In this document: one piece after another, positions 10,125 to 18,823 of the stretch | Position numbering within the stretch: the stretch's first letter is position 1 | How the letters are laid out: every line of letters begins with the position of its first letter | Assembly: GCA_031290955.1 (NCBI GenBank) | Contig: JAISLJ010000136.1 | Coordinates: 1 to 46,734, forward strand | Length of the DNA stretch: 46,734 nt | Reading direction: 5' to 3' | From: Zoogloeaceae bacterium | GTDB taxonomy: Bacteria; Pseudomonadota; Gammaproteobacteria; Burkholderiales; Rhodocyclaceae | Translations under genes and position numbers: made by a program | The notes under the pieces: generated by a model | Database searches by the model: none | Told to the model about the DNA's origin: nothing | The model's input: the letters and a program-made list of their open reading frames with translations, nothing else

Positions 10125-10480
10125 ATTGAAAATTATTCAAGTTTGAAATGCTTTTTGTTGGTACGCAAGAGATAAAAGCATTGAAAATTTATATTTCAGA
10201 TGTATGTCTTATCTTTTTGTTCTTTAACAATATGCTATGGAAGTTTTCATGGTTTCTTGTTGTTTTTTTGAATATATAAAACAAAATCTATAAATATCTC
10301 GGGAGTAAATCTGTGGACAAGTCTAGAAAGCGTGTTTGTTCAAGGTATCGGCTAACAATTTTGGTTGCTGATATACTGTTAAAGGAGTGGGGACGAAGTT
10401 GGAAGGATTTTGAAAAATTGGTTTTTCTTCCGGTTTGCTCCCAGCCAGGACACAGGTTTTCCACAGATTGATCCACAACG
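10125..10480. other. AT-rich tract plus DnaA-box cluster (candidate oriC or DnaA-regulated region)
   Basis: 25-28% GC in 10141-10320 (hand count); TGTGGACAA 10312-10320, TTTTCCACA 10457-10465, TGATCCACA 10469-10477. Confidence 0.55.
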
Positions 10481-10508
10481 GGCGCATGGTTTTATTCCTT
10501 TGATTTTC

Positions 10509-10526
10509 TTGACAAAATTTTGTCAA
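10509..10526. promoter_or_regulatory. Perfect 18-bp palindrome TTGACAAAATTTTGTCAA upstream of metH (putative operator containing TTGACA)
   Basis: Read directly. Confidence 0.5.
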
Positions 10527-10617
10527 AGCAAGAGACTTTCACGGTTTTGATCCAGTGCTTCCGGTTCTTGGTGGGGCGTTGGGTTTTCTTTTTGGCAAGA
10601 TTTTGGGAGTGATGCTT

Positions 10618-13600
10618 ATGTTGTGTGACCGGACTGGGGAACTCGTTGCCTTGCTGGAAAAACGGATTCTGGTACTGGATGGCGCGATGGGGACGATGAT
10701 CCAGCAATATCAGCTTTCCGAGGCGGATTATCGGGGAGAACGTTTTCAGGATCATCCTCATGATGTCAAGGGGAATCATGATCTTCTCAATTTGGTTCGT
10801 CCGGACGTGATTTCGGAAATTCATCGCGCTTATCTGGAAGCTGGAGCGGACATTCTGGAGACGAATACCTTCAATGGCACGGCGATTTCACAGGCGGATT
10901 TCAACCTGACGGAACTCGTCTATGAGATCAACTTCAAAGGCGCAAGTCTTGCGCGTACTCTGTGCGACGAATACAGTGAGAAAAATCCTGGCAAGCCGCG
11001 CTTTGTTGCAGGTGTCCTGGGGCCAACCAATCGCTCGGCTTCCAGTTCTCCGGACGTGAATGATCCTGGTTTTCGCAATATCACGTTCGATGATCTGGTT
11101 GGTAGTTATTTTGAAGCCATTACGGGACTTGTTGAGGGTGGCGCGGATCTCCTGCTGGTGGAGACTATTTTTGATACGCTGAACGCCAAGGCAGCACTCT
11201 ATGCGTTGGATGTATTCTTTGAGCGCGCCGGATGCCGTTGGCCAGTGATGATTTCTGGCACCATTGTTGATGCTTCCGGGCGCACGCTTTCCGGGCAAAC
11301 GGTGGAAGCGTTGTGGAATTCCCTGAACCATATTCGTCCGCTTTCGTTTGGTTTGAATTGCGCTTTGGGAGCGCGGGATTTGCGCCCTTACGTTGAAGAG
11401 TTGTCGCGCATTACGGGTTGCTTCGTCTCCGCGCATCCCAATGCCGGTTTGCCAAATCCCTTGTCGCCGACTGGTTACGATGAAACGCCGGAACATCTGG
11501 CAGAAGAAATCGCGGATTGGGCGCAGCATGGGTTTGTGAATATTGTTGGTGGTTGTTGCGGAACAACGCCGCAACACATCAAGGCTATCGCATATGCGGT
11601 GCGGGAAATGCCGCCCCGAAAGATTCCAGTCATTGCGCCGCAATTACGTCTTTCCGGGCAGGAAGCCTTTAATGTAGGTGCACAAAGCCTTTATGTAAAT
11701 ATAGGGGAACGAACGAATGTCACGGGTTCTCGTGCTTTTGCGCGGATGGTTCTGGAAGAACGCTATGATGATGCGTTGGCAGTTGCGCGTCAGCAGGTAG
11801 AGAATGGCGCCCAGATCATTGATATCAACATGGATGAGGCCATGCTGGATTCTGTTGCCGCGATGCAGCGTTTTCTGAATCTGATTGCTTCCGAGCCAGA
11901 CATTGCCAAAGTGCCGATCATGATTGATTCCTCGCGCCCGGAAGTCATTGAGGCGGGGTTGAAATGTATTCAGGGCAAGGGAATCATCAATTCCATTTCC
12001 CTGAAAGAGGGCGAGGAAAAATTTCTGCGCGCGGCACAGCGTGCCCGGCGATATGGCGCGGCAGTGGTGGTCATGGCTTTCGACGAAGACGGTCAAGCGG
12101 ACACCTACGCGCGCAAGATTGAAATTTGTCAGCGCGCTTATGATCTTTTATCGAAGATTGGTTTTCCGCCGCAGGATATCATTTTTGATCCTAATGTTTT
12201 TGCCATCGCTACTGGCATTGAGGCACACGACAATTACGCTGTGGATTTTATTGAGGCGACGCGCTGGATTCGTTCTCATCTTCCACATGCCCAGATTTCT
12301 GGTGGTGTTTCCAATGTTTCGTTTTCTTTCCGGGGCAATGACGCTGTTCGTGAGGCAATTCATACTGTTTTCCTGTACCACGCCGTTCGCGCGGGAATGT
12401 CGATGGGCATTGTCAATGCTGGCATGTTGGGATTTTACGATGAGCTGGAGCCAACATTGCGGCAGAAGGTGGAAGATGTTGTCCTGAATCGCTATCCGGA
12501 TGCAGGGGATGCACTGGTTGAATTTGCCCAGACGGTAAAAGAAGGCAAGAGCAAGGCCACAGGACCGGATTTGCGCTGGCGTGCCTTGTCGCCGGAAAAA
12601 CGTTTGGAACACGCGCTCGTGAAAGGCATTACCGAATTTGTTGTTCAGGATACTGAAGAAATTCGGGTCATGCTGGAAAAAGAAGGTAAACCGCCGCTCG
12701 CGGTGATCGAAGGACCACTGATGCGCGGCATGAATGCGGTTGGTGATCTCTTCGGCGCCGGGAAAATGTTCCTGCCGCAAGTCATCAAATCGGCGCGGGT
12801 CATGAAACAAGCGGTTGCTTGTCTTATTCCTTATATTGAAGCGGAAAAACAACGTACCGGTGCGAAAAGCAAGGGAAAAATCATCATTGCCACTGTCAAG
12901 GGCGATGTACACGATATTGGCAAGAATATCGTTGGTGTGGTTTTGGGTTGCAATGGCTATGATGTTGTGGATCTTGGCGTGATGGTTCCCTGTGAGAAGA
13001 TACTGAATGCTGCCCGTGAACATGGGGCGCAGGCAATTGGGCTTTCTGGCTTGATTACACCTTCGCTGGAAGAAATGCGCTATATTGCGGAGGAAATGCA
13101 GCGTCAGGGATTCGATATTCCGTTGTTGATTGGCGGCGCGACAACGAGTCGTGCCCATACTGCCATCAAGATTGCGCCGCATTACGAAGGAACGGTGGTG
13201 TATGTGCCAGATGCTTCGCGGGCAGTCGGAGTGGTAACACAGCTTTTTTCGGAGACGGAACAGGCAGCCTACAAAGAAGCCCTGTCCAGCGAATATGCGG
13301 CAATACGCCAGGAACATGCAGGTCGCAAGGGGGCAACATTGGCGACGTTGGCGGAAGCGCGCGCCAATTGTTTCACGTGGAACACGGAATATCGTCCCCA
13401 AACACCTCGACAGCCAGGGTTACACACGCTGGATTTTGATCTGACAACATTGGCAGAATTCATCGACTGGACTCCTTTCTTTCAGGGTTGGGATTTGACA
13501 GGCCGTTTCCCGGCGATCTTGGAACATGCCGTCACAGGTGAAACTGCGCGGCAGTTGTATCAGGATGCGCAGACGATGCTGCAAAAAATCGTAAACGAGC

Positions 13601-14301
13601 ATTGGCTGGAAGCGAAGGGAGTCTTTGCCCTGTGGCCAGCGGCGCGTGTGGACGATGATCTTGTTTTCTATGTGGATGAAACTCGCAAGGAGGCAAGAGG
13701 TCGTTGGCTGGGATTGCGGCAACAGCATCGGCAGCCTCCGGGACGCTACAACCTTGCTTTGCCGGATTTTGTTGCCAGCTTGTCCAGCGGCATTCCGGAT
13801 TGGGCGGGAGTGTATGCGGTTACGGCGGGATTGCGGCTTGAAGAAAAGGTAGCGCACTTCACGGCAATTCATGATGATTACAGTTCTATTCTGTTGAAAG
13901 CATTGGCGGATCGCCTGGTGGAAGCTGCGGCTGAATGGCTGCATCGCGCAGTACGACGGCACTATTGGGGTTATGCGCCAGATGAAAATCTCGATTTGGA
14001 TGCGTTGATTAACGAAGCCTATGCTGGAATCCGTCCCGCGCCTGGCTATCCGGCCTGCCCGGATCATACGGCCAAGCGGGAAATATTTCGTCTTCTGGGA
14101 ACGGAAGGCCGGGTCGGGATTACATTAACAGAATCCTGCGCCATGTTTCCGACGGCTTCGATTGCCGGGTTTTTCCTCGCACATCCTGAAGCTCGCTATT
14201 TTGCCATTCCCAAGATCGGGGAAGACCAGTTGACGGACTGGGCGCGCCGCGCCGGAATGCCGCCGGACGAAGCCCGACGCTGGCTTGCGCAATTATTGTA
14301 G
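10618..14301 (+). CDS. metH: Cobalamin-dependent methionine synthase
   Basis: [40 protein letters not shown] (B12-binding His), [14 protein letters not shown]; start placed after GGGAG. Confidence 0.97.
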   Translation: MLCDRTGELVALLEKRILVLDGAMGTMIQQYQLSEADYRGERFQDHPHDVKGNHDLLNLVRPDVISEIHRAYLEAGADILETNTFNGTAISQADFNLTELVYEINFKGASLARTLCDEYSEKNPGKPRFVAGVLGPTNRSASSSPDVNDPGFRNITFDDLVGSYFEAITGLVEGGADLLLVETIFDTLNAKAALYALDVFFERAGCRWPVMISGTIVDASGRTLSGQTVEALWNSLNHIRPLSFGLNCALGARDLRPYVEELSRITGCFVSAHPNAGLPNPLSPTGYDETPEHLAEEIADWAQHGFVNIVGGCCGTTPQHIKAIAYAVREMPPRKIPVIAPQLRLSGQEAFNVGAQSLYVNIGERTNVTGSRAFARMVLEERYDDALAVARQQVENGAQIIDINMDEAMLDSVAAMQRFLNLIASEPDIAKVPIMIDSSRPEVIEAGLKCIQGKGIINSISLKEGEEKFLRAAQRARRYGAAVVVMAFDEDGQADTYARKIEICQRAYDLLSKIGFPPQDIIFDPNVFAIATGIEAHDNYAVDFIEATRWIRSHLPHAQISGGVSNVSFSFRGNDAVREAIHTVFLYHAVRAGMSMGIVNAGMLGFYDELEPTLRQKVEDVVLNRYPDAGDALVEFAQTVKEGKSKATGPDLRWRALSPEKRLEHALVKGITEFVVQDTEEIRVMLEKEGKPPLAVIEGPLMRGMNAVGDLFGAGKMFLPQVIKSARVMKQAVACLIPYIEAEKQRTGAKSKGKIIIATVKGDVHDIGKNIVGVVLGCNGYDVVDLGVMVPCEKILNAAREHGAQAIGLSGLITPSLEEMRYIAEEMQRQGFDIPLLIGGATTSRAHTAIKIAPHYEGTVVYVPDASRAVGVVTQLFSETEQAAYKEALSSEYAAIRQEHAGRKGATLATLAEARANCFTWNTEYRPQTPRQPGLHTLDFDLTTLAEFIDWTPFFQGWDLTGRFPAILEHAVTGETARQLYQDAQTMLQKIVNEHWLEAKGVFALWPAARVDDDLVFYVDETRKEARGRWLGLRQQHRQPPGRYNLALPDFVASLSSGIPDWAGVYAVTAGLRLEEKVAHFTAIHDDYSSILLKALADRLVEAAAEWLHRAVRRHYWGYAPDENLDLDALINEAYAGIRPAPGYPACPDHTAKREIFRLLGTEGRVGITLTESCAMFPTASIAGFFLAHPEARYFAIPKIGEDQLTDWARRAGMPPDEARRWLAQLL
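13369..13384. other. parS centromere-like site inside metH (TGTTTCACGTGGAACA)
   Basis: Matches the widespread chromosomal parS palindrome; reverse complement TGTTCCACGTGAAACA. Confidence 0.8.
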
Positions 14302-14385
14302 ACAGCCGCAAAATCACCTCTGCGGTGTCAAGCGGGCTGTCTGGATATTCCATTTATAATTGGCGCTTTTTTGGAAGGATTGCAT

Positions 14386-15336
14386 ATGGCGTTCAAGGTT
14401 TTTATTGATGGCCGTCACGGAACGACCGGACTCAAGATTGATGCGCGGCTCCTTGCGCGTTCCGATATTGAGCTTCTCGATATTCCTGAGGAGGAACGGA
14501 AAAACCCGGCGGTCAAGGCACAAATCATCAACAGTGCCGATGTTGTGTTTCTCTGCCTGCCGGATGCTGCTTCCCGGGAGGCGGCAGCACTTCTTCTGCC
14601 GGAAAATCGGAAAACTCGTCTGTTGGACGCTTCCACTGCACATCGCACGCATCCTGATTGGGTATATGGTCTCCCTGAACTTCACGGTCAGCGTGAGCGG
14701 ATTCGTCTGACGCAGAAGCTTGCTGTTCCTGGTTGTCACGCCAGCGGCTTTATTCTTCTTGTGCAACCTCTGGTAGCGGCAGGTATCGTGCCACCGGATT
14801 ATCCGGTCAGTGCTTGTTCCGTTACTGGCTACAGCGGTGGTGGCAAGGAGATGATTGCCAGTTATGAAACTGGCGCAGACCTTCCCGACGCCATGCGAAG
14901 CCCACGCTTCTACGCCTTGGGCCTGACGCACAAGCATCTACCGGAAATGCAGGTGCTCAGTGGGCTGGCGGCAAAACCGATCTTTACACCCATCGTGGGG
15001 AATTTCGCGCAAGGTATGGTCGTTTCCGTGCCGCTTTTTCCAAAACGCTTGCCAGGACATCCGACACCAGAGGCGCTTACGGCGTTTTACGCGGAATACT
15101 ATGCCCGGTCGCCTTTCATCCAGGTCATGCCTGTTGCGGAAGCTCCGGAAAACGGGTTTCTGTCCGCTACGGCCTGCAATGGGACGAATCGGGCAGAACT
15201 CTTCGTGTTCGGGCACACCGATCAAATCCTCCTTGTCGCCCGCTTTGATAATCTCGGCAAGGGCGCTTCCGGCGCGGCCATCCAGTGCATGAACATCATG
15301 CTTGGCCTGGACGAGACGACGGGATTGAACGCCTGA
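14386..15336 (+). CDS. argC: N-acetyl-gamma-glutamyl-phosphate reductase, type 2
   Basis: KVFIDGRHGTTGL, DASTAHR, PGCHASG, HKHLPEM, DNLGKGASGAAIQ; TATAAT at 14355-14360. Confidence 0.95.
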   Translation: MAFKVFIDGRHGTTGLKIDARLLARSDIELLDIPEEERKNPAVKAQIINSADVVFLCLPDAASREAAALLLPENRKTRLLDASTAHRTHPDWVYGLPELHGQRERIRLTQKLAVPGCHASGFILLVQPLVAAGIVPPDYPVSACSVTGYSGGGKEMIASYETGADLPDAMRSPRFYALGLTHKHLPEMQVLSGLAAKPIFTPIVGNFAQGMVVSVPLFPKRLPGHPTPEALTAFYAEYYARSPFIQVMPVAEAPENGFLSATACNGTNRAELFVFGHTDQILLVARFDNLGKGASGAAIQCMNIMLGLDETTGLNA

Positions 15337-15804
15337 CCTCACAGAGCACGAAAAATCAGGTCTGCCCATTTGGTTCTCGGGATGGGCGCAGACCGGGTTG
15401 GGAACATCACAGTCGTTTTCGGAATCGAACAAAAGACCTGCCTCGCCCCCGCTCCACAGAATGAAAATTATGTCAAATGCACGAAATTTTACGGATTCTT
15501 CACCTCCCGGCAAAAACAGTCTTCCGGCACGCACACTGGAAAGCACTCGTACACACTATCTGACTGACTACTACAAGCACCACATCCCGCAACGCGCCCT
15601 CAACGGGCTTTCTTCCACCGGTACAACTGAGGCGGCAGGCAAAAAACGGCAGGCTGTCTTTCCGCTCCCTGATTCCTGAAACTCCCGCTTGGCGGGGGAT
15701 TGCGGGGCCGTTTGTCGTGAAAGAGGAACCGGGTATCGGCTTTTGCTATCTTGATTCAGGATGCGGCGGTATAAAGCAGATGGGATCAAAGGAGGATCAG
15801 CAAA

Positions 15805-16455
15805 ATGTGCTCCAAAAATTTGCAATCGTTGCCGTCTGTGGGCGCTCTGGCGTCCATGAAGCCACTGCCCGTGGCGGCACGAGGTTTTACGTTGGTGGAA
15901 TTGCTGGTAGTGTTCATCATCATCGCGATTATGGCGGCGTTTGCCATTCCGAATTTCAAGGAAACCTACCAGCAGGCGCGAATGACTTCCTATGCGGATG
16001 AACTGGTTTCTGCGATTCAACTGACGCGCAGTGAGGCCATCAAGCGGGGGGCAAGGGTGAGGATGGTTCCCGGTTTGGCTGCGGATTACACGCCGAGCGG
16101 CGATTATTCGCAAGGCTGGCAAATCGTGGCGGACAAATTCAGCAAGGACGGGGGAAAAGTCGTGTTGCAGAAGCACGGGCCTCTGGTAGGCGCGGAGGTT
16201 CCTGAAAAGACCAAAGACAACAGCTCTGGCACCGCGAGCGACAGCACCACGGTGATCGCCTTTGGGCGGGGCGGGCGGTGGGCGCCGGAGGATTATTCCA
16301 ATGCTCCCGTTTTTGTCCATCCAGGAAGCATCAAAACCCTCAAGCTAAGGCCAGAGGGTTGTTCCGGCACCGTCTCGGTTGCGCATGATGTCTATATTTC
16401 TTCTGACGGGCGCGTTTTTTCACGCGCGGGGCGTCCGTGTGACAGTGGTTGGTAA
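15805..16455 (+). CDS. fimT: GspH/FimT-family minor pilin
   Basis: RG|FTLVELLVV prepilin motif, LTRSEAIKRG; GGAGG RBS at 15791; first gene of the minor-pilin operon. Confidence 0.8.
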   Translation: MCSKNLQSLPSVGALASMKPLPVAARGFTLVELLVVFIIIAIMAAFAIPNFKETYQQARMTSYADELVSAIQLTRSEAIKRGARVRMVPGLAADYTPSGDYSQGWQIVADKFSKDGGKVVLQKHGPLVGAEVPEKTKDNSSGTASDSTTVIAFGRGGRWAPEDYSNAPVFVHPGSIKTLKLRPEGCSGTVSVAHDVYISSDGRVFSRAGRPCDSGW

Positions 16456-16484
16456 GGTTGATAAGGGTGAAGGAGGAACAAACC

Positions 16485-16991
16485 ATGAAACATCAAATCT
16501 TTGCGGGTCAGGGCGGGCGCGGTTTTTCGTCCGGGTTTACGATTCTGGAAGTGCTGGTGGCGGTAGTCATCTTGGCGGTTGGTCTTTTGGGCATGATCGG
16601 CTTGCAGACTTCGGCGGTGAAGCAGAACCAGAACGCGATGGCGCGCTCAATTGCCGCCGGCTATGCCGAATCCATGCTGAACAAGATGCGCGCCGATACG
16701 GAGGAAGCCAAGCTGGGGCACTATGACATCAAGTCAGAGGGCGGAAATGTGCCGCTTGCCAGTGCGGGCACTGCACCCTACAGGGAAACCCAGCGCTGGA
16801 TCAAGAATCTCGAAACGGCCTTGCCCGGCGCGAAGGTACAGGTGTGCCGAATCAATCTGGCCGATGGGAAGTACAGCCAGTGCACCGATAAAAAGGGGGA
16901 GGCCTTCCGTGTTTGCATCCGCTGGGATCAGGGGGATTCGAAGCTCTTTGATCCGAAATCGCAGCAAGTCATGTTGTTGGGGAGGCTGTGA
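16485..16991 (+). CDS. pilV: Type IV pilus minor pilin PilV
   Basis: G|FTILEVLVAVVILAVGLLGMIGLQ, ETALPGA; AAGGAGG RBS. Confidence 0.88.
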   Translation: MKHQIFAGQGGRGFSSGFTILEVLVAVVILAVGLLGMIGLQTSAVKQNQNAMARSIAAGYAESMLNKMRADTEEAKLGHYDIKSEGGNVPLASAGTAPYRETQRWIKNLETALPGAKVQVCRINLADGKYSQCTDKKGEAFRVCIRWDQGDSKLFDPKSQQVMLLGRL

Positions 16992-18105
16992 AGATCATGA
17001 ATACCATGCGCGCGGTGAAGAGGACGCGGGCCTTCGGGTTTGCTCCCGGCTTTACGCTGGTGGAGTTGATGGTGGCCGCAGTGTTGGGGGTGATTGTGCT
17101 CTTGGCGGTCTCTTATGCCTACATCGGCAATCGCTACAACTACCTGATGAATGCGGAATTGAGCCGCATGCAGGAGAGTGGCCGGGCGGCTTTGGATGTG
17201 ATTGCCCGCAGTCTGGAGAATGCCGGGTTCGCAGGTTGCCGTGCCGCTCCGGGGGATGTGCAGGTCACCAGCGACGTTGATGCCGATTGGGTGTCCTGGC
17301 TGAAGATGGGCTTTCTCGTGGACTCAGGGGGTGGGAGTGTGACCGGGCTGGATGGGTACACGCCCCAGTTGAGGGTCTTTGGTCCGCTGGAGATGGGCGT
17401 GGTTGCGGTGACGGGCGAGCCAGGGAGTGACGGCAAGATTCCGGTGCGCACGGGGCCGACCTTGTCTGCGATGGCGCAAATCATCCTGCCCGGCAAATCG
17501 ATCCCTGGAGGCCCCATGCTGATCAGCGATTGCTCGCAGGCATATATTTTCAATGGTGCGATTGATGCAGCGGGCGGCACGATTATGGCGGGTACGAGTG
17601 GCTTGCCCAGTGGGCACACATACACCACGGGCGCGCAGGTGGCGATGCTGGGGGAAGGCGCTCCCTTCTATCTGGCGGCAAGAAATTTGGGTGGCAGCAG
17701 CACGGTCACGAACAGGTCGGGGACGCCGGAGACGGTGATGGCCTTGCTCGGGGGGGGGGTCGTGATCAGCCTCTGGCCGATGGAGTGGCGGCGTTCCGCG
17801 TTTGCCAGCGCAAGGGTGAGCGAGGTCAAGCTACGGAGGAACTCGTCGATGCGGCGGACAAGTATTCCGACGATGTAACCATGGTGCAGATTGATCTGCT
17901 CCTCTATTCCCTGAATGACCGCCTGCTGCCGGAGGATACGCCGCAGGAATACTACCTGTGCGGTGATGCGGACGGATCGCCGAGCGTGACGATTAGCGCC
18001 ACGAATCACCCGACGCATCTGCGGCGCGTGCATCGGCTCTTCAGCACCAGCGTGGCGCTTCCCAACAAGATTCGCAACAGTGAGACGATCACTGCGGACA
18101 AGTAG
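16988..18105 (+). pseudogene. pilW: PilW minor pilin, out of frame at a G10 tract (17750-17759)
   Basis: G|FTLVELMVA, SRMQESGRAAL in the first frame; the PilW-like C-terminus (QPLADGV...RLFSTSVALPN) continues in the frame of ORF 17785-18105. Confidence 0.8.
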
Positions 18106-18168
18106 CCTTGATGGTGTTCGCATGAACGGGCACATGACGATATGAATGGAAAGGATTGAGGAAGGATC

Positions 18169-18792
18169 ATGAACGCGAGAACACGCAATTTTGGCGCGGG
18201 CGGCTTCGTCCGGCGCGAGCAGCGCGGCCTGTGGCACGGTCGGCGCATCCTTCGGCGCGGGCAGCGCGGCGCGGCGCTGGCGGTGGGGCTGGTGATGCTG
18301 GTGGTGGTCACGCTCCTGAGTCTGGCGGCAATGCAGACGGTGCGCCTGCAAGAGCGAATGGCCGGGAACCAACTCTCCAGGGCGCAAGTCTACGAGGATG
18401 CCCTGGGGGGGGCGCGTCATGCCGAAAGCTGCCTGTTGCACCGCTTGGATTGCGCGAATGACTTGGTCGCGGATATCGAGACGACAGATACAGCCAACGG
18501 TTTCTACCGTGTGAGTGAGGGTGATGCCGCGACGCAGCAGGTGGGGGATTTAAACGACCCCGCCACTTGGGAGGGGCACTCGGAGCAACAGCCTAGTGCT
18601 GGGGAACTGGTGTTGGGTATCCATCCCTGGCGGATCGTAGAACGTTTGCCGAACGCGCTGGTGGGCGCTTCGGTAAGTGTGCAGCAGCGGCGCACCTTGC
18701 AGGTGTTCCGTATCAACGTTCTCGCGGCGGATAGCGAACCGGAAACTGCGGAAAGCATTTCCATTGTGCAATCCACGCTGACGCGGGAATGA
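18169..18792 (+). CDS. pilX: PilX minor pilin
   Basis: QRG|AALAVGLVMLVVVTLLSLAAM...LQERMAGN; no Glu5, as expected for PilX. Confidence 0.85.
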   Translation: MNARTRNFGAGGFVRREQRGLWHGRRILRRGQRGAALAVGLVMLVVVTLLSLAAMQTVRLQERMAGNQLSRAQVYEDALGGARHAESCLLHRLDCANDLVADIETTDTANGFYRVSEGDAATQQVGDLNDPATWEGHSEQQPSAGELVLGIHPWRIVERLPNALVGASVSVQQRRTLQVFRINVLAADSEPETAESISIVQSTLTRE

Positions 18793-18823
18793 TGTTTCAA
18801 ACTGGACTTTTCGGGAGAAAAAG

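Noticed and set aside
10330-10617. Cobalamin, SAM or SAH riboswitch upstream of metH
   Set aside because: No conserved riboswitch core recognisable by eye; an Rfam scan would settle it
7000-15400. Horizontally acquired low-GC island
   Set aside because: Only core genes, gradual boundaries and no mobility genes; kept as a compositional finding, though not excluded without phylogeny
15731-15747. Sigma54 promoter upstream of fimT (GG...TTTTGC)
   Set aside because: GG-to-GC spacing is 11 nt, not the required 10
15337-15804. Small ORFs or ncRNA between argC and fimT
   Set aside because: No RBS-supported ORF or recognisable RNA family; only an imperfect hairpin (15359-15394) and repeat fragments
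18405-18412. G8 tract in pilX as a second phase switch
   Set aside because: In frame and short; no evidence of variation
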